This document shows, in pieces, positions 15,289-23,172 of a DNA stretch of 24,000 nt (its first letter is position 1; each line of letters starts with the position of its first letter). Made by a program: the position numbers and the translations under genes. The DNA is from Citrobacter pasteurii (GTDB lineage: Bacteria > Pseudomonadota > Gammaproteobacteria > Enterobacterales > Enterobacteriaceae). The notes below the pieces were generated by a model. It did no database searches and was not told the DNA's origin. It was given only the letters and a program-made list of their open reading frames with translations. Where the stretch lies: assembly GCF_000826205.1 (NCBI RefSeq), contig NZ_CDHL01000025.1; one strand, written 5' to 3'.

Positions 15289-15762
15289 ATGATCCGCCTG
15301 TTATGTTCGATAGTTATGCTCGTTCTGACGTTTTCGGCCAGTGCGGATATCAGCGGCAGGGTTGTGCGCGTGCTGGACGGGGATACCATTGAGATTCTTG
15401 AATCAGGAAACAGACTGACCCGCGTTCGTCTGGCCGGCATCGATGCGCCTGAAAAGAGCCAGCCCTTTGGCCAGCGCTCCCGTCAGGCTCTTTCATCGAT
15501 GGTGGCGCAGCGCACCGTAACCGTCACGGGCGGAGATACAGATCGTTATGGACGGCTTCTGGGTACGGTGTGGCTTGACGCTAAGGACGTGAATGCCGAA
15601 CAGATCCGTAAGGGACTGGCCTGGGCGTACCGGTATCACGGAAACCCCGTCAAACCAGACTACGCTGCCCTGGAAAACGAAGCCAGATGTCAGGCAACCG
15701 GGCTCTGGTCAGCCCCCGGCCAGACAGAACCCTGGCGCTGGAGAAATCTGCATCAGGGATAA
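15289..15762 (+). CDS. Secreted SNase-like (thermonuclease-type) nuclease
   Basis: Signal peptide MIRLLCSIVMLVLTFSASA then GRVVRVLDGDTIEIL...RVRLAGIDAPEKSQPFGQRSRQAL...DRYGRLLGTVWL...NAEQIRKGLAWAYRYH. Confidence 0.88.
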   Translation: MIRLLCSIVMLVLTFSASADISGRVVRVLDGDTIEILESGNRLTRVRLAGIDAPEKSQPFGQRSRQALSSMVAQRTVTVTGGDTDRYGRLLGTVWLDAKDVNAEQIRKGLAWAYRYHGNPVKPDYAALENEARCQATGLWSAPGQTEPWRWRNLHQG

Positions 15763-15791
15763 GGTTCTCTCAGTAATGCTCCTGATCCCGC

Positions 15792-15975
15792 ATGATGCGG
15801 ACGGCATGGCAAGCCGCGCTGATAGGCCTGTTTGATGAAAGGGAGCGGCGGGAATACGGTGAACGAAAACGGCAGAAATGAAGCCCGGGATGGCATGCGA
15901 TCTGGATCAACCGGCTGGAACTGAAAGCACATCTCAGGACGGATAACTTGGTTGCGGTGTGTTTAACCGCTGGCG
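15792..15975 (+). pseudogene. Decayed partial copy of the 13289..13831 gene
   Basis: 15834-15928 aligns without gaps to 13322-13416 (16 mismatches in 95 by hand); frame reads DERERREYGERKRQK*SPGWHAIWINRLELKAHLRTD versus intact DERERREYGERKRQERSQQWQANWISRQGLKARLWTD. Confidence 0.7.
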
Positions 15976-16143
15976 TGGTGACCACTATCGGGATATGGCA
16001 GAGAAGATGATTACGCCCCGGAGTTCTTCCCCCCTTTCACTCAGGAATTCAGCCAACCCGTCAGACAGGAATATATAAGCCCGGCCTGACCGGGCCTTGA
16101 TAACGAGGAACAACTGCTGAAAATCAAATAGTCACCACGTATA

Positions 16144-17676
16144 TTAAAATCCTGAGTTTAAATCGTACGTGATATCTACTGCCGGATCATCCACTTTGTA
16201 CGCCTGTTTGCTTAAACCGTAGTCCTCTGTACTGGATATACCATCAAACAGGTTATAGGGACTAATTGAATCGCCGACGATCCCCATCCAGGTGGCCAGG
16301 CCATTAACAAACATCAGGCCAGATTTCCGGGATGTAACGATGGTTCTCTTGTCATCATCAGATGATATCTTAACCAAAGGAATATCATGATGATATTTAC
16401 TGGCGTAGTTATTATTTAATTTAATCTCGCCATTTATTTCACGATGAACCAGTCCATGATCTGAAAAATAAATCATAGAAAAAGATCGACCACTGTTTTT
16501 GCTCTTCAGTATATTATAGGTCTCTTTTAAGAAATCATCCGTCTGCCTGATACTCGAAATATAGCACGCAATATAGTTGTTAATTCTGGAGCGTGATCTG
16601 TACTGATCGTCCATTTCCTTAATTCTGTCGCAGACATTCGGATGAGACCCCATGGTATGCAACACGATAAATCGTTTTTTATTGGTACTCTTTGATAAGA
16701 CACTCGTTAACTTCCGTAACAGCGCTGTGTCCTGAATGTTGGATTCATTGTATCCCTGGAATTTAGTAAAGTAGGAGTATTGCGCATTTTTAGCTATCGC
16801 AGATACGGGCGAATCCCATTCACCAAACTGGCCCTGATTTGATAACCAGTAGGACTCGATACCAGCCCGGTTTACCAGTCCCATGATATTCTGGTTATAG
16901 TGTGGCTGCCAGTTGTGAGGATCCCCCTGTGTCAGCATCATACGCAAAGAACCTATGGTATAGGTACCGCCGGACGTCAGGCCATTGACGATGTCTGCAT
17001 TCACACTGTCCAGAAAGGGTGTATTACCGACAGGATAACCATATACATGAAAATAGTCCCTCCTGGCACTTTCTCCAATAATCAGAATGTAGTCATCATA
17101 TTTCGAATTATTTGTCAGATGAACTTCACCCCAGTCATTTTTGTTTACGTATTTTGATAGTTCAGCCTGATCCTCTTTATAATCGTTAATAGACCCCCCT
17201 GCTTTTTTGATAAAAACAAGTGCGCCAGATGATATGGTGAGAATAATTGCAACCATCATCACATAAGCTTTGTTTTTAATCGGCCTGATTTTAAATTTAT
17301 ATGACAACAGGTGTAACATATAAAAAATAACAGGGATTAAAAATGCATATACATATGATTTAGACGGTATCAATGTAAGAAATTCGAGACTTTCCTGACC
17401 GTCAGTAGCGAATAAAGATGATACATACTGATAAGACGGAAACCCGTAAGTAAACCCCACAGGGGCATACAGGCCAACAATTATCGATACCGGAAGCGTG
17501 ATCAGTCTATATGATTTTTTTGACCCCAGCGTAAAACTTATTAACAGCAGGAGAACAATGATGTTAAAGACCTCCGGATGTGAGTCACCGGTTGCTCTTA
17601 AGGTAAATTTTGACAATAAAAAAAGAGGAACAAGAAGAAATGTAATCAATATGTACTGCTTGTATTTTTTTTGCAT
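16144..17676 (-). CDS. Phosphoethanolamine-transferase-like sulfatase-fold membrane enzyme (EptA/CptA/OpgE superfamily)
   Basis: About five N-terminal TM helices; YILIIGESARRDYFHVYGYPVGNTPFLD, LTSGGTYTIGSLRMMLT (nucleophile Thr region), FIVLHTMGSHPNVC, FSMIYFSDHGL. Confidence 0.75.
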   Translation of the reverse strand: MQKKYKQYILITFLLVPLFLLSKFTLRATGDSHPEVFNIIVLLLLISFTLGSKKSYRLITLPVSIIVGLYAPVGFTYGFPSYQYVSSLFATDGQESLEFLTLIPSKSYVYAFLIPVIFYMLHLLSYKFKIRPIKNKAYVMMVAIILTISSGALVFIKKAGGSINDYKEDQAELSKYVNKNDWGEVHLTNNSKYDDYILIIGESARRDYFHVYGYPVGNTPFLDSVNADIVNGLTSGGTYTIGSLRMMLTQGDPHNWQPHYNQNIMGLVNRAGIESYWLSNQGQFGEWDSPVSAIAKNAQYSYFTKFQGYNESNIQDTALLRKLTSVLSKSTNKKRFIVLHTMGSHPNVCDRIKEMDDQYRSRSRINNYIACYISSIRQTDDFLKETYNILKSKNSGRSFSMIYFSDHGLVHREINGEIKLNNNYASKYHHDIPLVKISSDDDKRTIVTSRKSGLMFVNGLATWMGIVGDSISPYNLFDGISSTEDYGLSKQAYKVDDPAVDITYDLNSGF

Positions 17677-17806
17677 ATTTCTGGTTATTCGCTAGCGGGT
17701 TGTATGAATACTGGTTATTTTACATGGGTAATGATAAATAATCACCTCTGATAAATGGCTTTAAATCCCCACCAGAAGAACTCCCCTGGCAAGACAGAAG
17801 CTCCTT

Positions 17807-17837
17807 CAGAGAGACGCCCCCCGAATGCGTCTCTCTG
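17807..17837. other. 11-bp perfect stem-loop upstream of the transferase gene
   Basis: CAGAGAGACGC-CCCCCGAAT-GCGTCTCTCTG. Confidence 0.5.
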
Positions 17838-17977
17838 CTCATCAATAACAGTGGCAAATTGGATATTGGAAATTATTGTACGTTAAGAGTATTATTTAGC
17901 CAAAATACATAAGGTTACGCTCTTGGCGTACCTTTTCGTTCCATTGGACTTCAATCCCCATAGAATGATGACACTGG

Positions 17978-18340
17978 ATGAATGTAAAACGGCAAAAGGA
18001 ATATCTGGATATGACCCATAAAGTAGTTTCAACGCTGATCCTTTCAGGACGTTCAGAAGAATGCAAATGCGAAATTTATCAGCATGATACAGTTGAAGGC
18101 CCCAAATTTAACGCCTGTCTTTACCTACGACGAAGCGTTCTCATGGAGCTAAAGGAAGGGCCGTTTAGTCTACGTCACTCTGGTGCACCTACTTCAAAAC
18201 CTGTACTGACATGGGTTCAGGCCAGAATTCTTAAAGATATCGATGCAACCACTCTGGAAGCTACAGAGGCTACAATTAAAGATCGTTATGAGAATGAATC
18301 CTTCTTTATCCCAGCCTTTTTTGATTCTGCGCCTCTTTGA
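17978..18340 (+). CDS. Hypothetical protein, 120 aa
   Basis: Complete ORF followed by a strong terminator; alternative ATG at 18011. Confidence 0.45.
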   Translation: MNVKRQKEYLDMTHKVVSTLILSGRSEECKCEIYQHDTVEGPKFNACLYLRRSVLMELKEGPFSLRHSGAPTSKPVLTWVQARILKDIDATTLEATEATIKDRYENESFFIPAFFDSAPL

Positions 18341-18345
18341 CCCCC

Positions 18346-18370
18346 AAAAGGCCGTTCCCGGCCTTTTTTA
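18346..18370. terminator. Terminator between convergent genes
   Basis: AAAAGGCCG-TTCC-CGGCCTTTT followed by TT. Confidence 0.7.
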
Positions 18371-18386
18371 ATAACGCCAGTCAGCA

Positions 18387-19424
18387 TCATGTGTTCACGG
18401 GGCGTTTAAAATTTTTATTTCTCATACCAAACCGAAGAAACGGTTTTTCAAGCAAATAATAGCAAACAATGCCTCCGGTTATGCCAACAACAACCGAACC
18501 TAAAAAATAACATATCGCCAGGTTTTTATTCAAAATCTGCCCGAAGATTATGACAAAAACCACATACCATATCCTTTGAGAGACTGGATGAGACAAGTAG
18601 AGCGAATACGATATTTCCCCGAAGAACAAAGGTAATTTGCTTATGTTCCGATTAAAAAAATTCTCTAAAGAGACAACTCCGGCCACCATCATAAAGGCGG
18701 GTATCCCGTAAATCCAAAATCGCGAGGTCTGGTCAGCATTACAGGTCAATAGAATTGTAAAAGATAATATTACTAATCCCCCTCCCACCTTTACGCTGGC
18801 TTTCAATAAGTAACTTCTGAAGTAACCTAACCAGACACCGGCCAGAAACTCTAACATAATGGGGTTTGTATAGGTACTGAGCACCGGCCCTTTGAAATCA
18901 AAAAACATTCCACAGCACGTCAGGCCGCCCACAGAAATAAATATAAAAGCAATTCTTTTCTTAATTTCCTTCAAAAAAAGGCTAAGCCCGAATATAAAAT
19001 AAAAAAACATCTCATAGACCAGGGTCCACCCTATGGTATAGACCGGCGTAATGTCTCCAACATCCGGATTCAGGGTGGGAATGAGCAGAAATGATTTTAA
19101 GATAAATAATAGGTCAAGCCCCCTTGAGTTAAAGAACAGAGAGGGTACAAGAATAGCGGCCAAAACAATAGAAAGCGTAAACATCCAATAAAGCGGAATA
19201 ACCCTGAAAATTCGGGATATCCAGAATGACAGCGTATTATTTTTTTTACTTTCTGTTGTCACCCACATCACAAATCCGGATATTACAAAAAAAATATCAA
19301 CGCCGAATTCACCCACAGGATTACTGAAATAAGGAGAAACAACTGACATAACCATCGAATGATAAACTATAACTAAAAATGCCGCTAATCCACGAAGATA
19401 TTGAATGCCGTAATACTTTTCCAC
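18387..19424 (-). CDS. Acyltransferase family 3 (OafA/NolX-like) membrane protein
   Basis: MEKYYGIQYLRGLAAFLVIVYHSMVMS...GEFGVDIFFVISGFVMWVTT...WISRIFRVIPLYWMFTL, typical Acyl_transf_3. Confidence 0.88.
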   Translation of the reverse strand: MEKYYGIQYLRGLAAFLVIVYHSMVMSVVSPYFSNPVGEFGVDIFFVISGFVMWVTTESKKNNTLSFWISRIFRVIPLYWMFTLSIVLAAILVPSLFFNSRGLDLLFILKSFLLIPTLNPDVGDITPVYTIGWTLVYEMFFYFIFGLSLFLKEIKKRIAFIFISVGGLTCCGMFFDFKGPVLSTYTNPIMLEFLAGVWLGYFRSYLLKASVKVGGGLVILSFTILLTCNADQTSRFWIYGIPAFMMVAGVVSLENFFNRNISKLPLFFGEISYSLYLSHPVSQRIWYVVFVIIFGQILNKNLAICYFLGSVVVGITGGIVCYYLLEKPFLRFGMRNKNFKRPVNT

Positions 19425-19993
19425 AGGTCACAATCCATTTAATCTTAATTTAAATTTTAACATATCAAATAGCTTCATCTCTATTTACTTATGTTTTCAC
19501 AAGATCATTATACCCGTGATCGAGGAAGATGGGGACAGCTTGGAGATCGAAAGTTATTGAATAACTGGATTTTCTCCAGCACTGTAAGCTGTGTGGTATG
19601 GATTTTGTTTAATCAGGGGTTCAGGCGGGAAATCCCGCCTGATATATCAAATATAATGTTACCGTACATTCTTGTACGGTTGGCTATATCGCGGTAAATG
19701 CCGCCAGGCGGCATGGAGGCGCCAGCTGATGTTAACCAGTACACAGAAGCTCACTGGCGCCGTTGCCCGGCAAAGCCGGTTACTGTTCTGATAGATTCCA
19801 CCAATCCATCCCTTCCCCCTGTTAAGCCATAACCCGCTAACAGATAGCACAGGAAGCTATGTGCGCCGTCGGAGTTGTCACGACAAGGCTTAGCCGCAGT
19901 CGGGGCGTATCTCCGCGTTAGCGGGCCGTAAGGACCGCTTACGGGCGTGTTACTTGGGAGTTGTCGGCAGTATGAATTAAAGCGACTCAGAAT

Positions 19994-20010
19994 CTAGTTA
20001 CAACATCCAT
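19994..20010 (-). promoter_or_regulatory. Tus-binding Ter-like site
   Basis: Minus strand ATGGATGTTGTAACTAG contains GNATGTTGTAACTA, matching the Ter core. Confidence 0.7.
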
Positions 20011-20199
20011 CATTAAAAGCGATGTCTTCCGGCCCTCTGGGCCGGGTGGCGGCGCTTTTCAGTGGTGAGTTTGTGTGCGGAGTTGAAGATTTGGAAAGTC
20101 AGTTATCAGATGTTGGCAGTTTATAAAGTTCTGAACCCTGCCCGCCATTTTTGGCGGGAGCTACTTCCAGGCGCAAAGCGCCTGAACCGAACCGGCGCG

Positions 20200-20640
20200 G
20201 ACAACGTCCGCTGCAAGGGCGGGCGTTATACACATGTCCACAGGACAGGTGGTGAATAGGTTTTATTTTTAAAAGTAAGTAATAACTGAAGTTTAAAAGA
20301 AAGGAGATCGGGGGTTTAAAAGGATCATCGTGGTTTGTAAATAAACCATTTAGTGGTTTGAACGATATCCTTCCAGTGGATTGAAGCAATACCCTCTTGT
20401 AGTTTGTGTGGATAAGTAGAAGAACAACGAAAAGCGGCGAAACATTGCGCGATCGGTCACAGAAATGTGTGACCAACAACGGGCGGATTTTGTTTAAGTT
20501 TATTAACCCCGAGGTCTACAGGACGAGTTTGTCATTCAGAGACCTGAAACATGGACTGGAACAGGTGAAAACGGCAATACAAGCGGTAAAGCAGGCAGGC
20601 GGAAACCGGCGCCAGGGCACCAGGTCATATCGATTGTGTA
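20200..20640. other. oriR: Putative oriR region of the IncFII-type replicon
   Basis: Lies downstream of repA; contains TTATACACA (20226-20234, plus) and TTATCCACA (20407-20415, minus), both matching the DnaA box TTATNCACA. Confidence 0.65.
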
Positions 20641-20650
20641 TTAGCAGGCG

Positions 20651-21517
20651 TTAAGTTGTGACGAGCAAGGCATCACCGAGTCGAGCATAATGGCCACGCG
20701 AGAGCTTCATTCGCTCCGTGACACGACGTTCTATCTCCGCGCGCACCGAATCAAGACTACCGAAGAAGCGGCCCTTCCTGATTTCTTTCTGGATCTGCAG
20801 ACGAACCAGTTGCTCAATCTCTTTACGCGTTCGGGGAGCATCTTTACGCGCCCTGTGCCGTTTCATGCCGTGTTCATAACGTGACTTATGATACTGTCGG
20901 AAGCGTTCACGCACGTATGACCAGGCTGCACTGATAAGTTCATCAGCACCGGCGCGAGGTAGCCCTTTCTTCTCACGCTGCTTGTTCTCCCACTCGATAC
21001 GGCTGCGACGGGCTGCAGCAACTGCTTCCTCAGACACCCCCAGAACCTGCCACATCAGCGGCGTGAAAGTTATGTCTGTGGGGATATTGCAGCCGATTTC
21101 TTTGTCGTATTCGGTGTTATAGGTAATGAGATTGAGCTGAGCGAGAAACTTCAGTGCCCCCGTCAGGCGGGTGATCGACAGACGTTTTTTTTCCGTGGCC
21201 AGCCCGCAGCGAATGCTCATGGTAGTAAGCGATGAACCAACGCGATTAGCCAGGGGATTAAAATAATGGCACATTGCCTGAACAGCTGCTTCCAGAGCCC
21301 GTATGCGTAACACTGGCGGGCGCTTTTTGCGCTCACCACGGGCGATCAGCATAGCAACCAGAGCCTGAAACTCTGCACGCTGAGTGAAGCCAACAGCTTT
21401 CTCGCGAATTTTTTCGCAGAATGGTAGGGTTTTCTTTCCCTTTTCAGGAATGAACTCTGGATTCGGATTTTTTACCTGACGGTAAAGTGTAGTGGCTTCA
21501 GAAATCTGCTTACTCAC
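20651..21517 (-). CDS. repA: IncFII-type (RepFIIA family) replication initiation protein RepA
   Basis: YRQVKNPNPEFIPEKG, KRPPVLRIRALEAAVQAMCHYFNPLANRVGSSLTTMSIRCGLATE, LNLITYNTEYDKEIGCNIPTDITFTPLMWQVLGVSEEAVAAARRSRIEWENKQREKKG: RepFIIA hallmark sequence; GTG start. Confidence 0.93.
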   Translation of the reverse strand: MSKQISEATTLYRQVKNPNPEFIPEKGKKTLPFCEKIREKAVGFTQRAEFQALVAMLIARGERKKRPPVLRIRALEAAVQAMCHYFNPLANRVGSSLTTMSIRCGLATEKKRLSITRLTGALKFLAQLNLITYNTEYDKEIGCNIPTDITFTPLMWQVLGVSEEAVAAARRSRIEWENKQREKKGLPRAGADELISAAWSYVRERFRQYHKSRYEHGMKRHRARKDAPRTRKEIEQLVRLQIQKEIRKGRFFGSLDSVRAEIERRVTERMKLSRGHYARLGDALLVTT

Positions 21518-21581
21518 TACTTCCTGCGCTTATGTTGCACAGAAGGAGTAAGCACGGAATCTCTTGTCTTTTTTCGCGCAC
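21510..21581 (-). CDS. tap: Tap/RepA6-like leader peptide, 23 aa
   Basis: GTG start, MREKRQEIPCLLLLCNISAGSSE*, GGGAG upstream; stop overlaps the repA start by 8 nt, the arrangement used for coupled translation in IncFII. Confidence 0.72.
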   Translation of the reverse strand: MREKRQEIPCLLLLCNISAGSSE

Positions 21582-21597
21582 GGGTTATACTCCCATA

Positions 21598-21684
21598 CAG
21601 AAGCAACAACTTCTGTATGTTTCAAAGCAACCCCGTTAATCTTCTCGTCCGGCCAAGGTGAAGAGATTCTCGGGGTTTTGTTTT
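21598..21684 (+). ncRNA. copA: CopA-like antisense RNA
   Basis: Promoter TTGTCT (21564-21569)-16 nt-TATACT (21586-21591) on the opposite strand to repA; ends in CCCCG...TCTTC...GAAGA...CGGGG (about 21631-21675) followed by TTTTGTTTT. Confidence 0.8.
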
Positions 21685-21823
21685 ATCTGGCGTTTGTTGT
21701 TTACTACCCCAGATCCTGCCAACTTACGGCTTGGCTACCAATCATACATATCTGAATTCAATCTTCGGGACTCTAACACTTAGATCCCAAACGATCAATT
21801 TAAAGAAATCCAACGGTTAACCA

Positions 21824-22024
21824 TTAACCATGCGCCTGAGAATCCTGAGACTCTAAAGCTTTTTTCATCTTTTCAAAAAGCTCAAGAGGCACACAGTAGA
21901 ACACTGGTTTGTTATAGCTCAAAATAGCCAGAGCCTCGCCATCAGTCGATGTTACTAGTTTTTCTGGATTAGCTTTAAGCTCAGAAACACCTGCAACACG
22001 GTTACAAAGAATCGTTCGCGACAT
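21824..22024 (-). CDS. Phd/YefM-like orphan antitoxin-type protein, 66 aa, in the copB position
   Basis: MSRTILCNRVAGVSELKANPEKLVTSTDGEALAILSYNKPVFYCVPLELFEKMKKAL resembles Phd/YefM/StbD N-terminal fold; GAGGG ribosome binding site. Confidence 0.7.
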   Translation of the reverse strand: MSRTILCNRVAGVSELKANPEKLVTSTDGEALAILSYNKPVFYCVPLELFEKMKKALESQDSQAHG

Positions 22025-22080
22025 TGAGAGCCCTCACAACAAGATAGCTAACTAATACCGCTCAGTATAGAACCACATTT

Positions 22081-22096
22081 AGACTTTAGAAAGTCT
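22081..22096. promoter_or_regulatory. Candidate operator upstream of the Phd/YefM-like gene
   Basis: AGACTTT-AG-AAAGTCT; on the minus strand it sits just upstream of a TATACT -10-like hexamer. Confidence 0.5.
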
Positions 22097-22235
22097 TATT
22101 ATCGTTGATCTTTGAACGATCTGTGATCTAAAACAATCTTAGTACCTTCGTCTTGACTGTACGTTAGTTCCTGAGTAGCCTGTTATTGTTGGAGCTGATA
22201 TCCAACCGGGCGTGGAAACCCGATTTTACGTGTAC

Positions 22236-22260
22236 AAAAACACGCATTTGCGTGTTTTTT
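22236..22260. terminator. Strong terminator
   Basis: AAAACACGCA-TT-TGCGTGTTTTTT. Confidence 0.75.
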
Positions 22261-22623
22261 ATTGCCTGTCGCCGTTTGTATATCAATGGTGGCTCAGGTA
22301 GGGCAACCGTCTAGGTTGGCCGGGTACACGTAACCGGTATTTCCACCCCTGCCTGGGCTACCACCAGAAGCGTGGAAACTTCGAGGTAGCTTTCGAAACT
22401 ATCTACGTGGAGGCTGAAACGATGGCCGCAACTGCTCTCTTCCTAAGATTTTTCTCGTGCATTCCTGCAATTTATTTAAACCAATCCCCTGAAACTGTCT
22501 TCCAAGCAATTGAACCTGCCCCCCTCCTTAAAGAAGCTGGGATTTTTCCTTGCTTGAAAAGATTAAAGAAAGTACTGACTGTACCGTCAACTCCTATTCC
22601 ATTATGCTAATTAGGAGCACAGT

Positions 22624-22884
22624 ATGTTACGAAATATTTTTCAAGATCAAGCACTTGAAATCGTACACAAGCACTTTCAATCGCTTTCAAGAAGACAACT
22701 GGAGATATGCCTCCTTCATACATTTGGCGTAGCAAAAAGTATGATTGCCAGCAATTATAATATTACTGTTGAGGCGGTTAAGCAGAATATAAAAAGAAGC
22801 GTGCAAAAACTGGAACTGGATAATAGTGATGCGCTGAGAATAGCCATACTCTCAACGATATTTGTAATAATGCTCAAAAAATAA
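22624..22884 (+). CDS. Small LuxR-type HTH protein, 86 aa
   Basis: LSRRQLEICLLHTFGVAKSMIASNYNITVEAVKQNIKRSVQKLEL resembles a GerE/LuxR C-terminal HTH. Confidence 0.6.
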   Translation: MLRNIFQDQALEIVHKHFQSLSRRQLEICLLHTFGVAKSMIASNYNITVEAVKQNIKRSVQKLELDNSDALRIAILSTIFVIMLKK

Positions 22885-22891
22885 CAACTTC

Positions 22892-22918
22892 AATGTACCC
22901 TAACGGGTACATTTTTTA
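22892..22918 (+). terminator. Terminator of the LuxR-like gene
   Basis: AATGTACCC-TAAC-GGGTACATT followed by TTTTT. Confidence 0.8.
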
Positions 22919-23172
22919 AGATTCATCTCATTTCACTTTACAAAAAATAGAAAAATTAAGATCATTAGTTCGAGTTTTATAAGTTGATCCGGCCTAGTAT
23001 AACTTTAAAACTCATTACAATAGCATCCTGAGCCATGAAGGCCTCACAATGACAGCAGGCAAACTTAAGTGTTTGTTAGTAAGACTGTTAAGTCGTCATG
23101 GTTGAGTGTGTTAGACCCCGTTGAACATTGAATTATTCCGTCATGGATCAATTCTGCGCGAAGCGTTCAAAA

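Noticed and set aside
19491-19697. 68-aa plus-strand ORF before oriR
   Set aside because: No recognisable family, poor start context, ends within hairpin-rich noncoding DNA.
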